A stretch of DNA of 64,000 nt from the NCBI GenBank assembly GCA_028534125.1, contig CM052817.1, positions 5,644,001 to 5,708,000 on the forward strand, written 5' to 3'. Positions 10,591-22,907 of the stretch are shown one piece after another. The notes beneath the pieces were generated by a model. The model was given only the letters and a program-made list of their open reading frames with translations, made no database searches and had not been told where the DNA came from. The stretch's first letter is position 1. The number at the start of each line of letters is the position of its first letter. The position numbers were made by a program, and so were the translations under genes. The DNA is from Lama glama. Lineage: Eukaryota.

Positions 10591-13500
10591 TTCCTCTACC
10601 TACACAATTGTGCTAATTTTTGCGATAGCTATTTTAACCTGTCAGAAATGCCTGTTTTCAGCTTCCTGTGTTTCTGCGTGGGGAAGAGGGTGGGGGTCCG
10701 GGAACCAGCCTTTAGGTCTGAAGAAGCCTCAAGGCCACCATCCATGGATGTGTGCTTGAAGTGGCTTCTCCAGCCACAGGGGTGGATGCTGACAGGTCAT
10801 CTCCAGCTTTCTGCCTGGGCTCCGCTGAGCCAAGCCAAGTATGTTGGCAGGGCTGGTGCCTGGGTGTATCCTGTAGCCAGGGACTATGCCTGTCTTGGTG
10901 TAAAGAGTTGACTCTCTTGATACCAGCACTGACTGCAGCAGCAAAAGTCCTACCTGTTTTCCTGTTGATTTAGCCATTTGTCTCAGTGAAGCAAATCCAA
11001 TTTAAACATATCTTCAGAAAAAAGAAGGATCAAATGAGTTTAAATAGAAGCCTATTTGCTGACCAGATTAGGAAAATCTCCTTTGTGCTAAAATGGTCTA
11101 AGAAAATCCTCTAGGTACAATTTTGCAGGAGCCAAATGTGTGAGAGGATCTCTTCCTCTCAGACATCCTCTGAGGGCGGGGTTCTGGCTGGGTTAAAAAA
11201 AGAGATGAGATTTATCAGCTGCCTGGTTGGTTAGAGTGTGTGCTGATGAGGTTGGGTTCTGAGGCTAACCCCAGAGACTCCACCGTTTTCAGTTGTTAAC
11301 TCTGCCCAGCTCCTTTGAAAATGTGGGAAAGAGCTTGGGTGAGAGAGGGCAGCCATCACTTACGCCAAACCATCATCCCCACCAAGCTACTCCCTACGAA
11401 GATGGGCGGGACACGTGACACCATAACCTGGCAGCACATTCATTTCCTTTGCTTGCGTACGGTCTTACTGATAGAGAGGAAACTCTCAGTTTCCAGAAGT
11501 GATGAGAAACCTGGTCTTCTGGATTACAGAGGGAAAAGTCCTCGAGTTCCAAAATCGATCCTTTCATGCACGAGGCTTCATGCCTCTGAGCCTTTGCACA
11601 TGCTGTTCCCTGTGCTAGGAATGCCCCTCCCAGCCCAGAGTGCTGGCGGATTCCATCTCACCCTCCAGCTGGAGCCGCCTCTCTTCTGTGCAGCCTGTCC
11701 CAGTGCTGCCCACTCAAACAGGCATCCCCTTGTCCATCAGGCCCCCACTGAGTCTGGTTCATTATTTGCTCTAAGCAAGGCTTTTTCAGTTGCAGGTGAC
11801 AATGGAAACTCAGCTCAGTCATGTGTTAGCAAAAAGCTTGTAACTGCAAAGACCAGAGTATGACTGAGTCTAGAGGCTCATAGATGTCATTCTCTCTCTT
11901 TCCTCTTCCTTTTCTTCTTCACCCTCTCTTCCTCCTCCTCCTCCCTCTTTGGGAACATAAGTCCCAGGAGGACAGGAGCTTATATTTGATTCTCCTTGTA
12001 ACCCCCAGCTTAGGACAGAGCCTGGGACCTAGTTGCAGCTCAGCCCCCAGCTCAGACATCAATTTTGTGCTAAGAAGAAAAAGATTCCCTTTTCTCAATA
12101 TGATTTACTGCCTTTTGTGGAAGTTTTTAATAATCATGATACAAACCTACACTGGCTCTGACTTGTATACCCTGTACCATCTCCCCTCCATCTCCCACAT
12201 AGTAGGTCCTCAATAAATGCTTGCTGGATGAGTGAATAGATGGGATTCAGGGAGTTGGAACTAACTGAAAACCAACGCAAAGTTGTGAGGTGGGTCTGTG
12301 TGTACCTTCGTTGGTTGAATTGTCTGTCCATTGGTGTCACAGTGTTGGGCACAGAGCCCCCCTTTTATTATTCCTCCACCAACAAAAGTTTGTCAAGCAC
12401 CCACTTGTTGTGTTGGTTTGGGGAATTCAGACATGAATAAGATACAATTCCTTGATTTAAGAAGTTCGAAGGCTAGAGAGCCAGAAGCCATGTAAATGAA
12501 TGGTGACAACGCTGTATCACAATTGCTGAACGTTATGGGATATGAGCCAACCCAGGGCTCTACGCGACACTCAGTCCAGAAGAGCCAGGAAGGCTTCCTG
12601 GAGAGGCACAGTTTAAGTCAGACCTAAAAGGAGGGAAAGGCACTGACATCGTTGAGTGCCCCGTGCAACGTATAAAGCCGTGTTCAGTGTGGTCCAGTCT
12701 CCAAGCAGTGTTGTATTCAAAAAGATAATTTCCAAATGCAAATTGCTTTCTTGCATTTTTAAAGTTCTGCGAACACAACAGTTAACCCTTCTCTAAAATT
12801 CCCTTTTCTCTTCCTTATTCACTTTCCTGCAGGCTTCCCAATTCACTTACCTCTCGTACATCAAACTTTCCTGGGAAATCCCACACTGAACTTTTTTAGT
12901 CCCTCTCCCCATCTTTCTACTTCTGCTCTTTACTATGACGACAAATAAAGTCTCTTCCTTTGGGGACCTTTTCTTTCTCCTCTAGCCTCTCACGTGCAAT
13001 AACGCACCCACTTTCTGACTCTCCTTCAAAAAAGTCAGGGCAGAAGCCTCTGTGGAGAGCAGCCCGGGGCAAGGAACTGCGCTGGTACAGCTGGAGGAAG
13101 AGGGAGGTTCAGAACCTCTTCTATAGGAATTATTTTGGTATTATCACATTTATCTTTCAAACTACTATTATTAACCCATTTTGAAGATGAGGAAACTGAG
13201 GCTCAGAGAGATCAAATAACTTGCCCAAGATCTCACAGCTAGTAAATGCCTACTTCTGCCTGCCATGCCTTTCCTTCTCTTATTGTCCCCTTTGCCTACT
13301 TGACCGTGATTTCAACTCAAAGAGAGACTTCCCCAGGGAAGCCTTCTCTCGACATTTTGGTTTGGTCAAACCAACCTATTGTACACCTTCATAAGACTGC
13401 GTGCTTTTCCTTCATAGTACTTGTCACAGTTGAAATTGTCCATTTCTGTGGATGATTCTTGGGTTAAAGCCCATCTCCAATGCTAGACTATAACCTTATA

Positions 13501-15139
13501 GAGGGAAAGGGCAATATATATATATAATATACCCTGTATTCCCAGTGAATAAAACAGAATCTGGGACATAAATAGATGCCCAAAGAAATGAATAAGGAAC
13601 TGGAATTAAAACCCTTGTCTCTAAAACCAAAGTTTTTTTCTAACATCAGTGTTTTTGTTCTCCAGGAGAACAAGATGGGATGGAGGTCATTTCAGGGTGA
13701 GGAATTACTATATGACTCATTAGGGAAGTGAAAATTTGTGGGATGTGTGTGTTGGTAGTGGTTTGAATACAGGCTGCGTGTGGAGGGGGGGCAAGATGAT
13801 TAGAAAAGGACCTCACTTGCCTAAGGATCAAGGATCACAGGGAGCTACTGAGGGGTTTTCATCTGGGGAGAGGCATGATCATAGTTATATTCGAGAAAGC
13901 TCACTGCCTGCCACTGAGTGTCAGGTGGACAAAAACTGGACTCTAGGATAGTGTCACTATAAAGCCAGCTGGAGAAGAAACAGTCCTGGACAGGGTCTTC
14001 AGTGGGGAGAGGAGTGGTCCAGCTCCCAGGAGACGGGGAGAGACAGGTGTCAAGTGTGGCTCTCCAGTTTTAGGCATAGACCTGGACAGATGGTTTTGCT
14101 GTCTCTGGATTTCATACGTACTGAATGGGGAAGAGCTTTGAGGGGGAAGAGGCTGTATAAGGCTAAGCGGGCTGGATCTGAGAAGCTGGGACACTTGTCG
14201 TTGTTGGACCAAGATGTAGGTGGGGCCCAGGGAGAACGGGGCAGGTGGGTCTGAGTGGAGAGGCTACTAGGGAGGGGATGAGAGAGTCCAATCCTTGTTT
14301 CTAGACCTCAATGAAGGAGAGTATGTGGGTCGGCGGGTCTTAGGTGAGACTGGGCAGCTCGCTGCTGCCTCATCCGTTTCTCTCCCCAGCTGCCTTCAGC
14401 TGAGCTGGATGCTAGCAGAGGGACTTGGCGGCTCACAAATGGAGCTTGTCAGCTGGGAGGGAGGTAAGATCCAGGAACACTGCTCGCTCTCTCCAGTGTT
14501 TCTCCAGCATCCTTTTAAAAAAAAATCTGGACTCTGGGCCACTTATTCAAGCCTCAGGTTCCTTTTCTGTTCAGCATGAGTTATTACTCCATCCCTCTCA
14601 AGGTTAAAAAAGAGAAGGACTGAAAGTGCCCTGCAGGGAGGAGGTTCTCACTGGCTGGAGGCTCCCTTCCTCCCCCTTGCCTGCTGGCTTCACCCCGAAT
14701 TATTTCCCAAAGGGAAAATCACACAAGAATTGGCAGGTGGTGGTGGGGAAAGGGCTCTTTCAGAGGTCAGGTTAAGTCTGAATCTTAGGATAGATGTTCA
14801 AGGAAGGCTGGAAGAAGATGTTCCCAGGAGACACCTCCTCCTGGCTCCGCTGAACCCTTACACCACCAGGAAGGACAGGAATCCTTACCCCGTTTTGTGG
14901 ATGAGGAAATCAAGGCCCAGTGAAGTTAAGGAGGACACTCAAGGTCACAGAGCCAGGAATCATGTCCCGAGTGGGATTTAGGTCTATGAGAAATCCAAGG
15001 CCACACTCTTTACCCTACAAAGGCTCTTTCCCAGTCTAGAAGCCAGTGATTTCCCCCATCCCTACCTCACCTCCCTGTTCCCCAAACGTGGCCAGGGCCA
15101 GAGCACCAGGGCTGGGCCAGGCACGTTTTAAGACTTCCT

Positions 15140-17020
15140 GGGGCGAGGGTCTGGGTCTTCACAGGACCAGGGTCTGGCCCTAGAGCGCCTCTCGGACCTG
15201 TGGATTCGCCCCCCAGACTCCGGAGCCCAGAGCGAGGGCGCCAGTGCACAGGTGGGGCGGGTGCGCAGGAGACCGGGGAGCGCGGAGGCGCTGGGGGCGG
15301 GAGCGCGGGCCCCGGGAGCAGCGAGGGACGGCGGCCGCGCAGCAGCGCTTGGGCGCCGGCTGCTCCCGGCCCCCGCCCCCTCGGTGGTGGCTCGCTCTTC
15401 GCTTCTCCGGCTCCGAAACAGACACAGCCTCTGCCGCCGCCGCCGCCGCCGCCGCCGCCTGGCGCGCAGCCGGCTCCCGGGAACAGCCCCTCGGACATCG
15501 GCCGCTTCCCGGCACTGGAGGGGCGCCACGCGGCCACCGACCCGGTGGTGCTCCAGGAGGCGAGACGGGTCCCGGCGCGCTCCGGGGCCCCGGCGCAGCG
15601 CACGGTGAGCGCCCCCGGGGCTCGGGGATCACTTAGCCGCGGGTCCCAGGGTGCCACCTCCCGGGTGCCGGATGGGGCCGCCCTGGGGGCGCAGGGCAGA
15701 AGTTGGGACCGAACGCAGCCTGCCTCTGCCGCCGAGCCCGACATGCTGCCGCCAGGGCGCAACGCCACCACGTACCGGGCGCGGTCTGGGCAGCAGCAGC
15801 TGGCGCAGGGGGGCGCCGTGGGGGGCTCGGAGGGGGCGGCGCCGCTGGGGCCGGCGCAGGTGGTCACCGCCGGCCTCCTGACCCTGCTCATCGTCTGGAC
15901 TCTGCTGGGCAATGTTCTGGTGTGCGCGGCCATCGTGCGCAGCCGCCACCTGCGCGCCAAGATGACCAACGTCTTCATCGTGTCTCTGGCTGTGTCCGAC
16001 CTCTTCGTGGCGCTGCTGGTCATGCCCTGGAAGGCGGTCGCCGAAGTGGCCGGTTACTGGCCCTTTGGGGCCTTCTGCGACGTCTGGGTGGCCTTCGACA
16101 TCATGTGCTCCACCGCCTCCATCCTGAACCTGTGCATCATCAGCGTGGACCGCTACTGGGCCATCTCCAGGCCCTTCTGCTACGAGCGCAAGATGACCCA
16201 GCTTGTGGCCTTGGTCATGGTCGGCCTGGTGTGGACCTTGTCCATCCTCATCTCCTTCATCCCAGTTCAGCTCCACTGGCACAGGGACAAGATGGGCTCC
16301 TGGGGTGGGGTGGACCCGCCATCTAACTCCGCCAACGGGACACCCTGGGAGGAAGCCGGAGAGCCAGAAGTGAGCGCGGAAAACTGTGACTCCAGCCTGA
16401 ACCGAACTTATGCGATCTCCTCCTCGCTCATCAGCTTCTACATCCCGGTGGCTATCATGATTGTGACCTATACGCGCATCTACCGCATCGCCCAGGTACA
16501 AATTCGCAGGATTTCCTCCCTGGAGAGGGCCGCGGAGCACGCGCAGAGCTGCCGGAGCCGTGAGGCCTGTGCGCCCGACGCCGGCCTGCGGGCATCCATC
16601 AAGAAGGAGACCAAGGTCCTCAAGACCCTGTCGGTGATCATGGGGGTCTTTGTATGCTGCTGGCTGCCCTTCTTCATCCTTAACTGCATGGTCCCCTTCT
16701 GCAGCGGACACCCCGAGGGCCCCGAGGCGGGCTTCCCCTGTGTCAGCGAGACCACCTTCGACGTCTTCGTCTGGTTCGGCTGGGCCAACTCCTCGCTCAA
16801 CCCCATCATCTATGCCTTCAACACTGACTTCCGACAGGTGTTTGCCCAGCTGCTGGGGTGCAGCCACCTCTGCTCTCGCACCCAGGTGGAGACGGTGAAC
16901 ATCAGCAATGAGCTCATCTCTTACAACCAGGACACCGTGTTCCACAAGGAGATCGCAGCCGCCTACATCCATATGATCCCCAACGTCGTGACCCCGGGCG
17001 ACGCGGATGCGGACAAGCAG
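15140..17020. promoter_or_regulatory. DRD5 CpG island with TATA-less GC-box promoter/5' region
   Basis: Very high GC and CpG density. Sp1-type GC boxes GGGGCGGG at 15254 and 15294 and CCCCGCCCC at 15371. No TATA box seen. The TSS cannot be fixed from sequence. Confidence 0.85.
15433..15459 (+). repeat. (GCC)9 trinucleotide repeat upstream of the DRD5 ATG
   Basis: Perfect gcc x9, ending 284 nt upstream of the ATG. Confidence 0.95.
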
Positions 17021-17173
17021 GCAGAGGAGGAGAGCCCTTTCCATCGTATATCCCATATCTCTCCGAAGTCCCCAGGTGGCGACCCTGCTGCCCAGTCTGT
17101 CTGGGAGCTGGACTGCGAGGGGGAGACTTCACTAGACAAGATAACGCCTTTCCCCCCAAATGGATTCCATTAA
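15743..17173 (+). CDS. DRD5: Dopamine receptor D5 (D1B), intronless class A GPCR, 476 aa
   Basis: Starts MLPPGRNAT (N-glycosylation sequon). Contains TM1 GN, TM2 SLAVSD, D3.32 (D119, [10 protein letters not shown]), DRY, TM5 [14 protein letters not shown] and NPIIY, and ends with the D5-specific [22 protein letters not shown]. The frame is intact. The track's start at 15200 is a GTG in the upstream region. Confidence 0.98.
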   Translation: MLPPGRNATTYRARSGQQQLAQGGAVGGSEGAAPLGPAQVVTAGLLTLLIVWTLLGNVLVCAAIVRSRHLRAKMTNVFIVSLAVSDLFVALLVMPWKAVAEVAGYWPFGAFCDVWVAFDIMCSTASILNLCIISVDRYWAISRPFCYERKMTQLVALVMVGLVWTLSILISFIPVQLHWHRDKMGSWGGVDPPSNSANGTPWEEAGEPEVSAENCDSSLNRTYAISSSLISFYIPVAIMIVTYTRIYRIAQVQIRRISSLERAAEHAQSCRSREACAPDAGLRASIKKETKVLKTLSVIMGVFVCCWLPFFILNCMVPFCSGHPEGPEAGFPCVSETTFDVFVWFGWANSSLNPIIYAFNTDFRQVFAQLLGCSHLCSRTQVETVNISNELISYNQDTVFHKEIAAAYIHMIPNVVTPGDADADKQAEEESPFHRISHISPKSPGGDPAAQSVWELDCEGETSLDKITPFPPNGFH

Positions 17174-17693
17174 CCTGCATAAGAAACCCGCCTTGTGGAT
17201 CTATATAACCGCGCAGACACTAGCAAGCATGCGGAACCCACACACGGGCACACACTGACACGTTTCGAGTGCTGCTCAGTCTATCACGTTTTCTGTGTTG
17301 GTGTGGTCGTCCACGTGCTTAGAAACCTCACCAGACCGATTTGTTGTTGAAAGATCTGGCAGAAGCAGTTGGAGTAAACTCAGTCAAATATACCTTAGCC
17401 TAGCAGAGATGGACCAGTTGTTCTGTTAGAGAAGATAAGGCGGGGGAGAAAAAAGTGGTACTTAGTCTTTGAAAAATATACTCTCCCCTTCCTTTTTAAA
17501 CAAAAAGACCGTTCAGTGACTTATTTGTGTTTGGGCTGATTTTTAAACAGTAGGCTTAGTATGTGTGTAGTGCTGATGGGAGTGTGTGTGGCTTTCCGGA
17601 ATCTTGCTTCCTGTGGCCTGTGTTTATGCAGTTTCTGCTCTCTGTATGTCTTTACTACAGCTGAGGAATTCTTCCTGATTTGTTCTGGTGTCT

Positions 17694-17699
17694 AATAAA
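17694..17699 (+). terminator. Probable DRD5 polyadenylation signal
   Basis: AATAAA ~520 nt after the stop codon, followed by a GT/T-rich downstream stretch (ttatgtgtgttac...tttgctttg). Confidence 0.75.
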
Positions 17700-20392
17700 C
17701 ATGAGTTATGTGTGTTACAGGGTGATTATCTTTGCTTTGCCAGATTGGTTCTCAGGACAGCTCCTGGAGAAGCCATGAGAGCATCTTTAAAAGCAGGGAA
17801 GATCTTGGCTAGGTCTGGAAGCACACGCTTATTTTCTTTACAGACAGTTTGGCCTTAAAGGCACACACAGGGGCAAGAGAACTTGAAGGGCTTCCGATAA
17901 CTCAATTTTTTTTTTAAATCAGGTGCACACATCTCAAGTCTGTGCAGAAATATGGCTTCAATGCTGCATCATCAAATATGGTCTTCTTAAGCCAGGAATT
18001 CCAATATTTATTTTCTCATTGAGAATCTTCTTTTTAAAATTACATGACATAAAACAATTCTCTTGATTTCTAGACAGATGCTATCAGTTCATTGAAAAGA
18101 TCGTAAAGAATAATGGCTCGATCTTTCTCAACCTCAAATCTATGGTGTTTTTAGAGTTATGTGGTTTTTGATCTACCGTGTTTTCTGAAGGGCTTTGAAT
18201 TGTGTGAGTTGATGTGCTTTAAAAAACAAATTTCTTTTTTTAAAATAGGCATTTGTAGACAATAGGAAGTGAGAAATACATTTAAACTAAAACGTAGGAG
18301 CCAGAGGTGATCTCTGAATGTACTTGAAATTGGAAAATCTGTTGGTTGAGGGACTCAACGAAAAGCCCAATGAATTCCAATCTTTTTGTTTTTCTGCTCT
18401 GCAGTCTGCACAGGGAAAGGGAGTGCTTAGTTCCACAGCCATTCCAGTCGAGAGCATATTATTACCATTAGATCCAAACGCGAGCATTGTTAATGGAAGC
18501 AAATGAAATGTAAATGTGTAATTTCTTGCGAGTCTCTCCTTTGAAGCAGGCTTATCAAGGACAGTTCAATCAATTTTGGTCTCTTTAGGGATAATTTTAT
18601 TGTCAGTCTACTGAACTGGCAGGTCTTGCTCACTGCAAAATGTGCAGTGCCTGGCATGTCATGCGACATAAATAGTTGTTGAATGAATAACTGACTATTT
18701 CTGAAGCAGTGAGATTGAAAGCAAATCCTACTTTGTGCATTAGATTTCATCTATGATTTGGTCAAATTGATATTGGAATCTGAGGTCTAGCGTTCAGTTT
18801 TTGACCTCTTGTGAGCTGATTGCTCAGTGGACAATTAGGGAGACATCAGGGACAGTGAAAAGTACCCTGTTCTAGGAGTCAGGAGATGGCTGTGTGACCT
18901 CGAAGGGTCAATTAACCTCTCTGGGCTTCACTTTCTCTCTGCATCTGTAAATTGAAGGACTTACCCCGAGCACTGTTTTCCAAATTGTATTAGATGATGC
19001 AGATGTTAATGGATAGGGTCTAGCATGAAAGAAGTTCTGCAAACCAGGTACAGTATCTGTCTTCTACAGGGATTCTTATAGCTTTTCCTGTGTACTGTGA
19101 ATCCCCCAGCAGGAGAGAATTCTGCCTTGTTTTCCAATGCCTTTGACCTTGTGAATCCTTGTTTGGTGCAATTCCTTATTGCTTTATTTCTCTGGAGGTC
19201 ACAGTTTGTAGGGAGCACAGTCGGAGAAACTCTGATCCAAAAATCTCTAAAATGTAGCTCTTCTATTCTAAAGGACAGGTTGTTGTAATAAGCCAAATTT
19301 TTTTGGTGGCAAACATTGCTCTAGACTCTAGTTCAAATAATTTGTGTTAGGGAAAAGGCTTATGTGAGAACGTTGGGGATCCCTTCTGCAAACTATCATT
19401 CATCATTCAATATAATTATTTATACCTACTGTATGCTAGGCACTCTTCTGGGAATATTGTCACCAATTAAATATGCTGATGTCTGGGAACTTGTATTTCA
19501 GTAGCAGAGAGACAGCAGATGAGCACACGATACTGTGCTGCACGGGCGTGTCCATGCTCCCCAGACTGTGAGATGCCACGTCAGGCAGTGGTAACTGGTG
19601 GGGTGCCAAGTAAACCAGGGTGGAGTGATGAGGCTGCTGTTTGATTTAGGGTGTTCAAGCGAGAGGCACGAAGAGAGATGCAGATGGAAAAGGGGTGACA
19701 CCCACGTCCAGGGGAAGACCTGAACGGGGACTGCGCGGGGCACGCTGGGGAAGAGAGGGGTGGCTAGTGTGGCTGCAGAACTGTGGAGGGTCAATGCCAA
19801 CAGCAACGGCAGGCATTCTAGAGACTCATCCTGTGCCCGGGCTGCAGGTGCGTGGATTCCTCCGATGCTCGCAACCCTGCGAGGCAGGCACCATTGTGAC
19901 AAACATTTTACTGAAGGGGAAATGAAGGCATCAGAAAGCTAAATAACTAGCCCTGGGTCACATGGTTAGTAAGTGGCCGACATGGACTTGAACTGGAGAG
20001 CCTGGCCGCACAGTCTTCCTTGACCCCCTGCAGGGGTGAGAGGGGCTGCCGAGGCCCCCCCATCAGCAAATGCACTGGTGCCTGGCTCAGAACAGTCCTC
20101 GCTCATTTGGTAATTACTGGGTTAACTGATGCATTCCTGTATCCACGTGTAAGCTGACTTTCATTGTCACCTGCCCTGGGCGTTCCTTTGTGCTTGGAGG
20201 GGAGGCAGCAGTAGGAAAAGGACCCCATATTTTGGCCAGATGCCCCTTCCTCATTCCTTTGTGTTCTTCACATTAACCTCACGTACTATTAATTCCCATT
20301 TTACAGATGAGAACACTGAGACACATAGAGGTCAAGATGCTTGTCCAAGGTCATATGACTAGTAAGTTTTGAAACCAGGGTTTTTACATAGG

Positions 20393-20570
20393 CCTGTGGT
20401 TCTCAACTGGGGTAATTTTATCCCCCAAAGGACATTTGGCCATGTCTTGGGACATTTTTGGGTTGTCACAACCGAGTTGAGGTACCCCTACCATCTAGAG
20501 GGTAGAGGACAGGGATGCTGCTAAACCTCCTACAGTGCACAGGACGCCCCACCCCCCCCCGACAACAGAG
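20393..20570. mobile_element. MER20-like hAT DNA transposon fossil
   Basis: gtggttctcaactggggtaatttt..ccccaaaggacatttggc...ggttgtcacaac...agggatgctgctaaacctcctacagtgcacaggac. Confidence 0.85.
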
Positions 20571-21559
20571 GCCCTGACCCGGGTCCCAGCTGATTGTCCC
20601 AAAGCCACACCACGCAGGCTTTGAAGTGCCAAAGCCCCGAGTTCAAATTTTACCTCCCCCATTTATTAATTGTCTGAATTTAGGCACCTCTCCTGGCTTC
20701 AGTTTGTTTATCTGAGAAATGGGTACATTAACCTCAACAGGTCTGGGTGAGGATTAAGAGTATGTGTAACATGGAGGTTATACAGCAAGTCCCAGGGCGG
20801 CATTGCCTGTCAGGGGTGGTGGTCCTCACATTTTGGGCTGAGCAAAGCCCTGCAGGGCTGAAAGTGCCACGAGAAGTGTTATCATACAACACAGCTGAAT
20901 GTTCTTTATAACTAGCAAAGTGTCTCCACAGTGCTATCCAGAGCGCCACAATCACCTGGTGAGGTCCCTCCAGCCTGCCCTTTAAAGAGAGGAGGCAATT
21001 GACCCAGGGAGCGGTCCAGAGACTCATCCACAGTCACCCACCCAGAGTGACCCAGGCTGAATTTGAAGGTGGCCTTAATTCTTGCACCTTCTCCATTACT
21101 CTTTGCAGAAAGAACAGGTGATCCCAGGTGAGCACATCCTTGAGCTCTGCATCTCACTCTCCTCATCCTATTCCCGTCTCTGTGTGATGACAGGAACCGC
21201 CTGCCCCTACTTTGGGGGAGTTCCATGGCCTGTTTGGTGAGACAGGACATGGCCACCCAGGGGCCACCTGGGGGCGCCTCCAGCATTGCCCCCTCTAGGG
21301 GGTCTCCCACGTGCTCTCTCCAGCCTGGTGGCTTCAGAGGGGGGTGGATTCATACCCGGTGGCTCAGAGCTCACAGCTGTGCCCCAAGCAGGGGAGAGCC
21401 AGGTGGACACTGAGTCTCCTTTTGTAACTTGGCCTCCAAGAACCACGCTCTGTTCATTAGAAGTAAGTCCCCAACATCAGACCTTATTCAAGGGGCAGGA
21501 ATTAGACTTCACCTCTTGATGGGACATGTCAAGCAGTTTTGCAGAAGAGATGTTTTACA

Positions 21560-22885
21560 TGTTATTTTTTATTAAAAAAATTATTCTAACATCATTTCAG
21601 ATTTACAGAAAAGGTGCAAACTATTACAAGAGAATCCTAAATACTCTTTGTCCATCCAGGTCCCCCAGCATTAACTGTTCACCACGTTACTTGCTGTGTT
21701 CCTCTCTCTTCTCTCTTTTTCTTTTCTGAACCATTTAAGACATGATGCCCATTTACCCCTGAATATTTCAGTACATATTTCCTAAAAATAAGGAATTTTC
21801 TTATCTAACCTACAGACCTCATTCAGATTTCATGATCATGTTTTTAACAAGAAAATCAGCCAAGACCATGGGTTCCATTCACTGCATCTCTCTTTGCCTT
21901 TCTTTACTCCGAAACATTTCCTGCCTCTTTGTCCTTCATGACACTGACATTTGTGAAAAACCCCCAGCCAGTCACTTGGTAGAATGTCCCTAAATCTGAG
22001 TTTGTCTGGTGGTTCCTCCCGAATAGCTTCTGACATGCACTTTGGGAAGAAACGGCACAGAAGCGATCGGCGCGGAGCTCCTCTCAGAGCACCGTGTCTG
22101 GGGGCACGTGCTGTCAATCCATCCTGTCACTAGCAACGGGAGCTTCCACGATAGGGTGATGGCAGTGTCCACTATGGAGTTACTATGTCACCCTGTGTAA
22201 CTCATAAGTATCCTTGGGAGAAAGACTGTGAGACTCTAAAAATATACTATCGTTCCTCAACTTCTCACCCATTGGTTTTAGCATCTATTAATAATGGTCC
22301 TTCCCCAAGTCAGTTATTATGGTGATTGCCAAATAGTGGGTTTTTAAAAATTCCATCATCTTTTTATTGTAAGTCAGGGAATTTATGTATTTATTTATAC
22401 CGATGTAGACTCTAGGATTCCTAGTTTTTTTTTTTTGCAATAGATTATAATCCTTTATTCTCCACATTTATTGTGATGTTTAAATTGTCCCAGATCTGGC
22501 TACTGGGAGCCTTGTCAGGTTGGCTCCGGTGTCCTTTGGTTTCGCTATGTTATTCTTTGAGCAGTTTGCTGTTTTTGGCACAAGGTATTCCAGACTCATC
22601 TTATATATTCCCTGACTGAGCCCTGGAAGCAGCCATTTCTCCAAGGGGCTTTGGTTCCTTTTTATTAGAAAATGGTATTTAGAAATCAAGATCCAAGGGG
22701 TGGGGTGTTATTGCTACTGAGGTGACATTGCTTCTAGGTCCTCTCACAGGACAGAGGTGGGGAATAGACACATGTACACACACATACACACACACACGCA
22801 TACATTCATAAGCATCTGTATTTATTTCTGTATCTAGCTATGTGTGTATATTAAGTCCCATGGATTCCTTCTGATACTTCTGGAT
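21560..22885 (-). mobile_element. Old L1MC-type 3' region
   Basis: tttcagatttacagaaaaggtgcaa...ttgtcccagatctggctactgggagcc...agccatttctccaagg...atggtatttagaaatcaagatc. Same family as 7520-8790. Confidence 0.8.
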
Positions 22886-22907
22886 GTATTTTAAAATCAT
22901 CACCCCT

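Noticed and set aside
15629..17056. 475-aa antisense ORF over DRD5 (also 15067-16023 and other overlapping ORFs)
   Set aside because: Shadow ORF. The strong GC3 codon bias of DRD5 removes stop codons on the opposite strand, and no protein family is recognisable.
15200..17173. 657-aa version of DRD5 in the ORF track
   Set aside because: It starts at a GTG under bacterial start rules. Homology to DRD5 begins at ATG 15743.
15743..17173. Possibility that this is a DRD5 pseudogene
   Set aside because: The ORF is intact with all key motifs and is syntenic with SLC2A9. The known DRD5 pseudogenes are primate duplicates.
7520..22885. Similarity between 7520-8790 and 21560-22885 as a segmental duplication
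   Set aside because: Both are 3' parts of the same old L1MC family and their flanks differ, so independent insertions are sufficient.
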